A stretch of 20,000 bases of DNA from Acidimicrobiia bacterium (GTDB taxonomy: Bacteria; Actinomycetota; Acidimicrobiia; Spongiisociales; JAENVV01). The translations under genes and the position numbers were made by a program. The stretch spans positions 112,432-132,431 of the forward strand of contig JBFGJH010000001.1 of the NCBI GenBank assembly GCA_041577335.1, written 5' to 3'. The notes under the pieces are model-generated. The model saw only the letters and a list, made by a program, of their open reading frames with translations. It made no database searches and was not told the origin of the DNA. Below, piece by piece: positions 9,109-17,219 of the stretch (position 1 is its first letter; each line of letters starts with the position of its first letter).

Positions 9109-10043
9109 GCCCGAGTGATTCGAATGATGAGGTTGCCGTTGTCATCGACGGTCACCAAGCCATCGGTGGCTGTCGAGTGGGCGTCCGCTTTCATGACGAC
9201 CATCATACGATGGCCGTCGGGCCAGTCGTTGGGGACGGTGTACACGGTATCGAGCATGATCGGCATGTGATGGCGTGCCCGGTCGACATTGTCGCCGGTG
9301 GCCGGCCCAATACGCCACTGTTCGGCCCGATCACCGTCGAGGTCATAGGCCCAAAGATGGCCGGCGACGCCAACATTGGCCGGCAAGTCGTTGGTCACCC
9401 GGAAATAGCCACTCACGTCGAGGGTATCGCCCCCTGAGACCGGCACGGGTGCCTTCAGGACGACCTCGAAACCCAGACCGGCGGTACTGGTCACGGCCAG
9501 CTCGTCGACCAGTACCTCGCTGGAGTGGGCGTACAGCAGCACACAATCGTCGAGGTCGATGCCTTCGGCGGCGGTGAGCGGAACGACACCGCACACCCGT
9601 GGTTGCGATGCCAACTCGCCGGCGATGATCGACAGCTCGTGAGCGTTGCACTCTGCTGCCCGTCGAGCCAGCTCTGCTGCGTCTTGCCCAATGGTGGCGT
9701 CGGCTTCGTAGCCCGCGCAGGCAACCGAAGCTGCGTCGGAGAATGCGGCAACGATCGATTCGTACTGAGCTGCTCCAGCGTCACCCAGCTCCTCGATCAA
9801 CGAAGCCAAGTCTCCCTCGGCGGCCCGGCGGGCGGCCGCCTCGTCGCGCAGAGCACGTTCGGTGGCGGCCAAGCGCCCCTGGGCTTCCGCAAGGTCGTCC
9901 TGGAGTTGGGCCACATCATCTGACATCTGCCGCCGGTCAGAAGCGGCCCGCACGTCGGTCGGTGACGGCGCCAGGTATACCACCACCAGAATGGCCACGA
10001 GTGCGAGGCCAATGAGAACTTTGCGATCACGGGCTTTGAGCAT
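9105..10043 (-). CDS. Hypothetical membrane-anchored protein (TM, coiled coil, beta-rich C-domain)
   Basis: N-terminal hydrophobic helix, heptad-like region and four Cys. Its stop overlaps the peptidase start (ATGA). Start is ATG 10043 or GTG 10049. Confidence 0.7.
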   Translation of the reverse strand: MLKARDRKVLIGLALVAILVVVYLAPSPTDVRAASDRRQMSDDVAQLQDDLAEAQGRLAATERALRDEAAARRAAEGDLASLIEELGDAGAAQYESIVAAFSDAASVACAGYEADATIGQDAAELARRAAECNAHELSIIAGELASQPRVCGVVPLTAAEGIDLDDCVLLYAHSSEVLVDELAVTSTAGLGFEVVLKAPVPVSGGDTLDVSGYFRVTNDLPANVGVAGHLWAYDLDGDRAEQWRIGPATGDNVDRARHHMPIMLDTVYTVPNDWPDGHRMMVVMKADAHSTATDGLVTVDDNGNLIIRITRA

Positions 10044-10109
10044 TGTCACCTATAACGCTTTGGAAACGGAACAAGGTTCCTGACACAGCACCAACACCGG
10101 TCGACGTGG

Positions 10110-11798
10110 CTAACGCCGGTCCCCGATCGCAACAGCGACTGGCCCGCTCGTGGTGTGGGCCAGCGAGTCCTTGGCGTGATAGCTCGATCTGACCAGGGGG
10201 CCGGACTCGACGGTACGGATGCCGACGCTCTCCCCGTACGCCTTGAACTCTGCGAATTCGTCCGGATGGACGTATCGCTTCACAGGCGCGTGGCGCGCGG
10301 TGGGGCGGAGATACTGGCCGATCGTCACGATGCTCACGCCCACCGCGTTGAGATCGGCCAGAGTGCCAAGCACCTCGTCCTTGGTCTCGCCCATACCCAC
10401 GATGAGACCGGATTTGATGGCGCTGTTTGGGTTCATCCACCGGGCTCGCGCCAACAGCGCCAACGATCGGCCGTAGTTGGCGGCAGTCCGTACGTCGCGC
10501 TGCAGTCTGAGGACCGTCTCGGTGTTGTGATTCAACACCTCCGGCGTTGCGGCCATGACGGTCTCGAGGGCGACCTTGACACCCTTGAAGTCGGGGACGA
10601 GAACCTCGACGGAGCAACCAGGGCTGGCCCGCCTGATTTCCTTGATTGTGGCGGCGAAGATGTCTGCTCCGCCGAGCGCCAGGTCGTCACGATTGACCGA
10701 TGTGACGACCGCGTGGCGGAGGCCCATCTTTTGGACGGCCTCAGCGACGCGAAACGGCTCGAGCACGTCGAACTCCGTTGGCTTGCCCGTCTGCACATTG
10801 CAGAACGAGCAGGCCCGGGTACACAGGTCACCGAGAATCATGACTGTCGCGGTGCCTTGCCCCCAGCATTCGTAGATGTTGGGGCATCCGGCTTCTTCGC
10901 ACACGGTGTTCAAGTCGAGCCCACGCATCAGCTTCTTGAGCTCGACATAGTCTTCGCCCATCGTCGCGGTGACCTTCATCCATTCCGGACGCTCGGGCTC
11001 TCCCGGCAAACGACCACCGATCACGACCGGCTCTGCGCTGCGTTTCTCGGGCGAAAACGTCCCACCTGCGAGGAGCTCATCGACCACATAGGATCGAGGG
11101 CGACCCTGGCCGCGTGCGAAGGCACTCAGCTGGATTTCGTGTCGGCGGTGACCGAATGCCGCGGCGACGGATTCGGCCACGAGCTCGGCGACGTCTTCGA
11201 GCACCACCGTGCCGCCCAACATCTCCGAAATCGAGGTGACCGGCCGGTCGGCGATGCCACACGGGTGAATCTTCTCGAAGTAGGAGAGGTCGGGGTTGAC
11301 ATTCAGCCCGAACCCGTGGGTCGACACGCCCCGCGATACCCGGATCCCGATGGCGGCGATCTTGCCACGCGAGGTCCAGACGCCGGTGTAACCATCCTCC
11401 GTCCAGGCTGCGATATCCAGTTCGGCAAGGGCGTTGACGAGCCCCTGCTCGATCGTCCGCACATGCGGAACGATGCGCTTGGGGTCGGTCAACCCGATGA
11501 TCGGATAGCCGACGAGCTGGCCCGGCCCGTGGTAGGTGATGTCGCCACCGCGATCGACGTGATGAAGCTCGGCGCCGAGATCGGACAGCGTTCGGTCGTC
11601 GATCAGCAGGTTTGAGCCATCGCCGTTGCGTCCGACCGTGAAGACGTGGGGATGCTCCACCAGGAGCAAGTAGTCGTCAGCGGTCCGTCCTTCGACTCGG
11701 CCTTCCCAGAAGGCCCGCTGCAGATCCCAAGCTTCGTCGTAGGCCATGCGCCCCAGCCACCGGGAGCGGAGCACCGAGGCCCGATCCGGAAACTTCAA
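10110..11798 (-). CDS. lipA: Fused octanoyltransferase LipB and lipoyl synthase LipA
   Basis: LipB motifs EHPHVFTVGR, RGGDITYHGPGQLVGYP, KIAAIG, HGFGLN and PCG. LipA motifs CEEAGCPNIYEC, CTRACSFC and RSSY follow in one frame. Probable TTG start at 11798 overlaps the E2 stop and has a GGAG upstream. Confidence 0.93.
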   Translation of the reverse strand: MKFPDRASVLRSRWLGRMAYDEAWDLQRAFWEGRVEGRTADDYLLLVEHPHVFTVGRNGDGSNLLIDDRTLSDLGAELHHVDRGGDITYHGPGQLVGYPIIGLTDPKRIVPHVRTIEQGLVNALAELDIAAWTEDGYTGVWTSRGKIAAIGIRVSRGVSTHGFGLNVNPDLSYFEKIHPCGIADRPVTSISEMLGGTVVLEDVAELVAESVAAAFGHRRHEIQLSAFARGQGRPRSYVVDELLAGGTFSPEKRSAEPVVIGGRLPGEPERPEWMKVTATMGEDYVELKKLMRGLDLNTVCEEAGCPNIYECWGQGTATVMILGDLCTRACSFCNVQTGKPTEFDVLEPFRVAEAVQKMGLRHAVVTSVNRDDLALGGADIFAATIKEIRRASPGCSVEVLVPDFKGVKVALETVMAATPEVLNHNTETVLRLQRDVRTAANYGRSLALLARARWMNPNSAIKSGLIVGMGETKDEVLGTLADLNAVGVSIVTIGQYLRPTARHAPVKRYVHPDEFAEFKAYGESVGIRTVESGPLVRSSYHAKDSLAHTTSGPVAVAIGDRR

Positions 11799-13582
11799 TC
11801 GAGCTCCTGTTCCCAATCCCAGGTCTCGATGTTCTCCTTGATGCGTCGCAGGAACAGCACCGCGGTGGAGCCATCGAAGGCACGATGGTCCCAGGAGAGG
11901 CCGAGGTAGGCGATGTGACGGATAGCAATCGAGTCCTGCCCATCGGCCGAAGTCACAACCGTCGGCCGCTTCGTCACTGTGTCCGTCGACAAGATCGCAA
12001 CGTTGGGAACGTTGATGATCGGTGCAGACATGAAGGAGCCGAACGGTCCAGGGTTGGTGATCGTGAAGGTGGATCCCGAGAGATCGTCGATCGACAGCTG
12101 GTTGGTACGACCTCGATCAGCCAAATCGCGGATACTGCGAGCGAGGCCCACCATCCTCAGGCCGTCTGCATTCCTGATCGTGGCAACGATGAGGCCTTCC
12201 TGGTTCAGGTCGATGGCGATCCCGAGGTTGATTGCGCTGTGATAAACCGCCTGCTTCTGTTCGAGATAGAACGAGCTGTTGACGACAGGAAATTCGTTGA
12301 GAGCGTCGATGGTGGCTCTGGCGATGAAGGGCAGATACGTCAAAGAATGGCCTTCACGCGCCTTGTACTCCGTCTTGTGGGCCTGGCGCACGCGCTCGAC
12401 ACGCTCGAAGTCCACCTCGACGGACGTCCACACATGGGCGGCTGTCTGCTTGGACCGGATCATGTTCTCGCCGATGCGAGAACGAATCCGATTGAGACCC
12501 TGCACAACGTCGCCGTCCATGGTCACCACACCCTCAGACGCGTCGACCGAGGCCGTCGGCCGTGCCGGTTGGGGCGTCGATGGTGCAGCCGGCGGGGCCG
12601 CCGCGACCGGTGCGGTTGGAGGCGGGGCCGGGGTGGGAGCGGGCGCCGGAGCTGAGCCGTGTGCGGCGACATAGGCCTCAACGTCTTTGCGCGTGATCCG
12701 GCCCTCGCGGCCGGTGCCCGTGACCTTCCCGAGGTCGACGCCGTGATCCTTGGCCAGTTTCCGTACGACCGGCGAAAAGAACGCGCCCTCAGGCACCGGT
12801 GCGACCGCGGCAGCCACCGGAGCAGCCGCGACCGGTGCGGGACTGGCGGCAGGGGCTTGCGGAGCAGGGCCGCCGGTGGGCTCGGCCGCGGGAGCAGGCT
12901 TTGGCGGTGCGGCTTCCGGCGGAGGAGCCGGTGCCGCGCCTGTGGCCCCGATCACAACCATCGGAGCACCCACCGCGATGGTGTCGCCTTCCGCGGCGAC
13001 AATCTCCAGAACCGTTCCGGCAACCGGCGAAGGCACTTCGGTGTCGACCTTGTCGGTGGAGATCTCCACGATGACCTCGTCGACCGCCACCGCATCGCCC
13101 ACCTGCTTCGTCCAGCTGAGGATGGTACCTTCGGTAACGGTCTCTCCCAGTTGCGGCATCGTGACCGTTGTCGATTCCCCTCCGGCGGAAGCGGCCACGG
13201 GGGCCGGATCTGGCGCCTCGACTGGCTCGGGAGCCGGTTCTGACTCGGCCGGTGGAGGCTCGGGATCGACCGTGTCGGCTTCGGCTGTGTCAGCCTCGGC
13301 GGTGTCGGCTTCGACGGGGGCAGCAGCGCCACCAGATGCCTCACCGGCTTCTCCGATGATGGCCATCGCAGTGCCTACGGCGATTGTGTCGCCCTCGGCG
13401 ACCAGGAGTTCGAGGACGACACCCGCGGCCGGCGAAGGCACTTCGGTGTCGACCTTGTCGGTGGAGATCTCCACCAGTACTTCGTCTTCGGCAATGGTGT
13501 CGCCCACCTGTTTCGCCCAACTGAGGATGGTCCCTTCAGTGACCGTTTCCCCGAGTTGCGGCATCGAGACCGTTGTCGCCAT
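11795..13582 (-). CDS. dlaT: 2-oxoacid dehydrogenase E2, dihydrolipoamide acyltransferase (actinobacterial DlaT/SucB type) with two lipoyl domains
   Basis: Two copies of MPQLGETVTEGT...EISTDKVDTEVPSP, an E3-binding domain (SPVVRKLA...GTGREGRITRKD) and the catalytic DHRAFDG motif. Confidence 0.93.
   Translation of the reverse strand: MATTVSMPQLGETVTEGTILSWAKQVGDTIAEDEVLVEISTDKVDTEVPSPAAGVVLELLVAEGDTIAVGTAMAIIGEAGEASGGAAAPVEADTAEADTAEADTVDPEPPPAESEPAPEPVEAPDPAPVAASAGGESTTVTMPQLGETVTEGTILSWTKQVGDAVAVDEVIVEISTDKVDTEVPSPVAGTVLEIVAAEGDTIAVGAPMVVIGATGAAPAPPPEAAPPKPAPAAEPTGGPAPQAPAASPAPVAAAPVAAAVAPVPEGAFFSPVVRKLAKDHGVDLGKVTGTGREGRITRKDVEAYVAAHGSAPAPAPTPAPPPTAPVAAAPPAAPSTPQPARPTASVDASEGVVTMDGDVVQGLNRIRSRIGENMIRSKQTAAHVWTSVEVDFERVERVRQAHKTEYKAREGHSLTYLPFIARATIDALNEFPVVNSSFYLEQKQAVYHSAINLGIAIDLNQEGLIVATIRNADGLRMVGLARSIRDLADRGRTNQLSIDDLSGSTFTITNPGPFGSFMSAPIINVPNVAILSTDTVTKRPTVVTSADGQDSIAIRHIAYLGLSWDHRAFDGSTAVLFLRRIKENIETWDWEQELD
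13024..13474. repeat. Intragenic duplication of the lipoyl domain
   Basis: A 46-nt identical block at 13024-13069 and 13429-13474 (offset 405), with flanking similarity. A three-fold EADT 15-nt repeat lies in the linker at about 13272-13315. Confidence 0.85.
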
Positions 13583-13630
13583 TTGCTAGCTGCTCCTTTT
13601 CTGGACCCGCACGCTACTTGGCTCCCATCA

Positions 13631-15001
13631 TTAGTGCAGGCTCCGGCCCGCAGAAGCCAGCAGCGTTTCGCCGATCGCCTCGGATAGCGTGGGATGGGCG
13701 TGGATGAAGGCGGCTGCCTCGGCCGGCAGCGCTTCCCACCCGACCGCATACATGAGCTCGTGAATCATCTCTCCGGCGTGAGGCCCAACGACGGACGCCC
13801 CGATGATGGGACCGTCTTTCTGGTTGACTACTTTGACGAGACCTTGGTTCTGGCCGATGATCTGAGCCCGTCCCACGCCAATCATGGAATGAACGTGGAC
13901 ATCCACATCGAGGCCGGCTTCCTTGGCTTTGGCCTCGGTCATGCCCACCTCGGCCATCTCGGGATGGGTGTATACCACCAGAGGTATGGCCCGGTAGTCC
14001 ACGGGAGCCGTCTCGCCAGTTGCGATGTGGGTGATGGCCGCAATTGCTTCGGCGAAGCCAGCATGGGCCAGCTGGGGTACGCCGGCGACGATGTCGCCAA
14101 CGGCGTAGATCGTGGGCTCGGCCGTGAGCTGGGTCAAGGGGTCTACGATCACAAAGCCCCGATCGACCTCGATCTTGGATGCTTCGAGGCCGATGCCATC
14201 CGTGAGGGGTGCGCGTCCGACGGCGACCAGCACCACGTCGACCTCGACCTTTTCGTCGCCCAACGGCACCTGAACGCCTTTCTTGCCGACCTCTGCGGCA
14301 CCAACGCTTGCGCTCAGATGGAACTTCACGCCGCGCCGCTTCAATTGCTTCTCCAGTTCGGCGGCTGCTTTGGAGTCAGCACCGGGGACGATCTGGTCCA
14401 ACATCTCGAACACATGGACTTCGGACCCGAGATCGGCCAGAAGCGACGCGAACTCGCACCCGATTGCCCCTGCACCGATGATGCCGACTCGCTCGGGCCT
14501 GGCTTCCCAGTCGAGCGCATGATCAGACGACACGATTCGATCGCCGTCGAAGTCGTAACCCGGGATCGAGCGCGGGACCGATCCGGTGGCCAGAACGATA
14601 TGCCGGGCCTCGAGGAGTCGCTCACCTTCGGCTGTGTCTACTGCCACCAGGTTGGGGCTGGCCAATCGGCCGAACCCGTCGACGACGTCGACCTTGCGGG
14701 CCTTGAGCAGCCCTCCCAGGCCGGATACGAGGCCGTCCACGATCTTCTGCTTCCGTTCCAAAGCCGTCGTCCAGTTGAATTCGGGCTTGCCCACCTCGAC
14801 ACCGAACTCGCCGGCTTTGGCGACCGTTGTGTAGACCTCGGCGGCCTGGAGCCAGGTTTTCGCCGGAATACAACCGCGGAGGAGACACGTCCCCCCAACG
14901 GTGTCCTTCTCGACGAGGGCAACGCGCAATCCGAAGTTGTGCGCATAGAGTGCGGCGGCATAGCCACCGGGGCCGCCTCCCACGATTACGACGTCGTACA
15001 C
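13631..15001 (-). CDS. lpdA: Dihydrolipoyl dehydrogenase (E3)
   Basis: GGGPGG FAD motif, redox disulfide GGTCLLRGCIPAK, GAGAIG and C-terminal HAHPTLSE. GTG start after GGAGG. Confidence 0.96.
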   Translation of the reverse strand: MYDVVIVGGGPGGYAAALYAHNFGLRVALVEKDTVGGTCLLRGCIPAKTWLQAAEVYTTVAKAGEFGVEVGKPEFNWTTALERKQKIVDGLVSGLGGLLKARKVDVVDGFGRLASPNLVAVDTAEGERLLEARHIVLATGSVPRSIPGYDFDGDRIVSSDHALDWEARPERVGIIGAGAIGCEFASLLADLGSEVHVFEMLDQIVPGADSKAAAELEKQLKRRGVKFHLSASVGAAEVGKKGVQVPLGDEKVEVDVVLVAVGRAPLTDGIGLEASKIEVDRGFVIVDPLTQLTAEPTIYAVGDIVAGVPQLAHAGFAEAIAAITHIATGETAPVDYRAIPLVVYTHPEMAEVGMTEAKAKEAGLDVDVHVHSMIGVGRAQIIGQNQGLVKVVNQKDGPIIGASVVGPHAGEMIHELMYAVGWEALPAEAAAFIHAHPTLSEAIGETLLASAGRSLH

Positions 15002-15107
15002 GGATCCTCCGTCAGATTATTGAGTGGGTGACAGGCTAGTGCCGCAGCGGTTGGTCCGGGCAGGTCGGATTCTCCAGCGCTACGGCCGGCGGTAACCTAG
15101 CCCCATC

Positions 15108-15197
15108 ATGCAGACCCGCTACCTGCTCCTGTGGTCCATGCTCCTGCTGTTTCTCATCCTCGGAGCCTCGGCCTACAAATTCCTGTTCCAATTCTGA
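15108..15197 (+). CDS. Small (29 aa) single-pass membrane protein
   Basis: Hand translation gives MQTRYLLLWSMLLLFLILGASAYKFLFQF*. Third positions are mostly G/C. TAACCT lies at 15093-15098 and there is no SD. Confidence 0.6.
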   Translation: MQTRYLLLWSMLLLFLILGASAYKFLFQF

Positions 15198-15233
15198 GGA
15201 ACAACCTTCAGCTGGCTACGGTTCAATTCGACG

Positions 15234-15536
15234 ATGCAGTTTCACGTGACAGACAACGCACTGGATCTCGCCCGCAAACGCGGCGGGGTCATGGCCGTGG
15301 ATTTCATCCCACCCATCAGTTGAGGGGGCACCTTGGAGGTGTCGGTCGACACCTATCTGAAGGGGAAAAACCTGGCGGCCTACCAGACGGTCGAACAAGC
15401 CGACGTGACCATCCACATCGCCCCTGCGCTCGTTCAGTGGGCCCGGGAGGCAACCGTTGACACCGTCTCCCGGCTGGGACGGAGACGATTCGCCGTGCGG
15501 GCCGAGCATCGCCATCAACCCACCTGAAGCCACTGA
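15234..15536 (+). CDS. Candidate selenoprotein, 100 aa, with two Sec residues (U30, U98) and a HesB/IscA-like N-terminus
   Basis: MQFHVTDNALDLARKRGGVMAVDFIPPIS-TGA(15321)-GGTLEVSVDTYLKG...EHRHQPT-TGA(15525)-SH-TGA(15534). It is in frame with ORF 15333..15527, and a SECIS-like hairpin follows each of the first two TGAs. Confidence 0.75.
15337..15354 (+). promoter_or_regulatory. Candidate bacterial SECIS element 1
   Basis: AGGTGTC-GGTC-GACACCT is a perfect 7-bp stem with a GGUC loop, with 20 nt between TGA 15321-15323 and the loop. Confidence 0.7.
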
Positions 15537-15539
15537 CCC

Positions 15540-15553
15540 GAGCCGGTCGGCTC
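15540..15553 (+). promoter_or_regulatory. Candidate bacterial SECIS element 2
   Basis: GAGCC-GGTC-GGCTC is a 5-bp stem with the same GGUC loop, with 17 nt between TGA 15525-15527 and the loop. Confidence 0.55.
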
Positions 15554-17132
15554 AGCGCACCACCAATGCCTCGCCAGGTGACAGTTCGAGGAGCGTGTTG
15601 CCGGCCAACCGGGCGGGATCACTGCTCACGAGCACCTCGGAGGCTTCCACCCCCGCGACCCTGCGCGCACCGTCGGCATAGTTCACCATCACTGTGACCG
15701 TCTCAGCGGCCGATTGGCGCTGGAAGACAAACACATCGGGATCAGCTGAATCGACGACGGCGAGGGCACCGATCTGCAATGCCCGAGACGTGGATCGCAC
15801 TGCCAGCAGGCGCCGATACAGAGTCAGCATCGAAGCGGGGTCATCGACCTGGGAATCGACACTGCGGTTCTCCGTGTCGGGTCCCATTGGCAGCCAGGTG
15901 TTGGCCGTGGGCGAGAAGCCGCCGTGCTGGTCCCACTGCATGGGAGTTCGGGCACCATCTCGGCCCAAGCCTGGCACCCTCTTCCCCCACGGGTCGACCG
16001 CCAACTCGGGCGGAACGTCGGCCTCGAGCATGCCGATTTCGTCGCCGTAGTACATGGTGGGTGTGCCCCTCAATGTGAGAAGGAGGACGGCAGCCCGTCT
16101 GGCCCCGGGGTCGCCGAGCCGAGACGCAACCCGCTGCTCGTCGTGGTTGCCCCAGACGTAGTTGGGCCAGCCGAACTCGGGCGTCACCGATTCCACAGCC
16201 TCGACAGCGGCGGCGACGCCGTCTCGACTGTCCTCCGCGGCCAGCAAGGCGAAATTGAGCGGCATGCTCAAGCCGTCGCCCGACCCGTAGTAGCTCGCCC
16301 ACTTCTGGGGTTCGTACTCGTGGATTTCGCCGACTGTGAGCCGATCTCCGTCGTATTCCTCCATGACTGAGCGGATCGCCCGAAACACGTCGTGGATGTC
16401 TTCGTGGCCCTTGTTGTAGATATGCAGCTGGGTCTCATACTCTCCCAAATCCTTGTACGAGCCTCGGGCGCGGGCATCAGCGGAAGGATTCGACCGGAGA
16501 GCAGGGTCCTTCATCATGTAGTGGGCGACATCGATGCGGAACCCGTCAACGCCCCGGTCGAGCCAGAAGCGAAGCGTGTCGAGCATCGCTTCCCTGAGCT
16601 GCGGATCACGCCAGTTCAGGTCTGGCTGCTCCTTGAGGAACGAATGGAGGTAGTACTGGCCAGTCGCCGCATCGAACTCCCACGCCGGGCCGCCGAAGTT
16701 GCTCAGCCAGTTGTTGGGAAGGCCTCCGCTGGGCCCGGCATCCTTCCACACATACCAGTCGCGTTTGGGGTTGTCCCGTGAGGCTCGCGACTCGACGAAC
16801 CAGGGATGCTGGTCGGAGCTGTGGTTGGGAACCCAGTCGACGATGAGCTTCAGCCCGGCGTCGTGAAGGGCAGAGCGAAGGCGGTCGAAGTCATCCAGGG
16901 TGCCGTATTGGGGGTCAACGTTCGTGTAGTCGGAGACGTCGTACCCAAGATCCCTCTGCGGTGAGGGGTAAAACGGTGACAGCCACACGGCGTCAACCCC
17001 CAGGGTTTCCGCCAGGTAGGGCACCCGCCGGCGAATTCCCTCCAGGTCACCGATCCCGTTGCCCGTGGTGTCTTGAAAGGACCGCGGATAGATCTGATAG
17101 ATGACGGCCGACTGCCACCAGGCATTTCGCAT
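15552..17132 (-). CDS. GH13 alpha-amylase-family glycoside hydrolase (alpha-glucosidase / oligo-1,6-glucosidase-like)
   Basis: WWQSAVIYQIYPRSFQD, VPNHSS, QPDLNW, GFRIDVAH, VGEI and GNHDE. TAACTT sits 6 nt upstream of the ATG, suggesting a leaderless transcript. Confidence 0.94.
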   Translation of the reverse strand: MRNAWWQSAVIYQIYPRSFQDTTGNGIGDLEGIRRRVPYLAETLGVDAVWLSPFYPSPQRDLGYDVSDYTNVDPQYGTLDDFDRLRSALHDAGLKLIVDWVPNHSSDQHPWFVESRASRDNPKRDWYVWKDAGPSGGLPNNWLSNFGGPAWEFDAATGQYYLHSFLKEQPDLNWRDPQLREAMLDTLRFWLDRGVDGFRIDVAHYMMKDPALRSNPSADARARGSYKDLGEYETQLHIYNKGHEDIHDVFRAIRSVMEEYDGDRLTVGEIHEYEPQKWASYYGSGDGLSMPLNFALLAAEDSRDGVAAAVEAVESVTPEFGWPNYVWGNHDEQRVASRLGDPGARRAAVLLLTLRGTPTMYYGDEIGMLEADVPPELAVDPWGKRVPGLGRDGARTPMQWDQHGGFSPTANTWLPMGPDTENRSVDSQVDDPASMLTLYRRLLAVRSTSRALQIGALAVVDSADPDVFVFQRQSAAETVTVMVNYADGARRVAGVEASEVLVSSDPARLAGNTLLELSPGEALVVR

Positions 17133-17219
17133 CAGGGCAAGTTAGTCATCGCGACGGCGACCGAAGCCAAGTCCGTCGCAGAGCTGCGGTAGGGTCGTGG
17201 CACGAAAGAGGAGCACCGT

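Noticed and set aside
12540..13330. Pro/Ala-rich repeats and the EADT three-fold repeat as an array or mobile repeat
   Set aside because: These are ordinary flexible E2 linkers with no repeat-spacer structure.
11795..15001. E2 and E3 genes without an E1 gene
   Set aside because: This is the usual actinobacterial arrangement, with E1 genes encoded elsewhere.
10155..15031. Long + strand ORFs (10155..11615, 11885..12655, 12750..13589, 13694..15031)
   Set aside because: These are antisense shadows of lipBA, dlaT and lpdA, typical of high-GC DNA, with no recognisable motifs.
15333..15527. 64-aa TTG-start ORF as a stand-alone gene, or a nonsense-mutated pseudogene
   Set aside because: The upstream in-frame ATG segment looks coding and each TGA is followed by a SECIS-like hairpin, so recoding explains it better. 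A pseudogene is not fully excluded.
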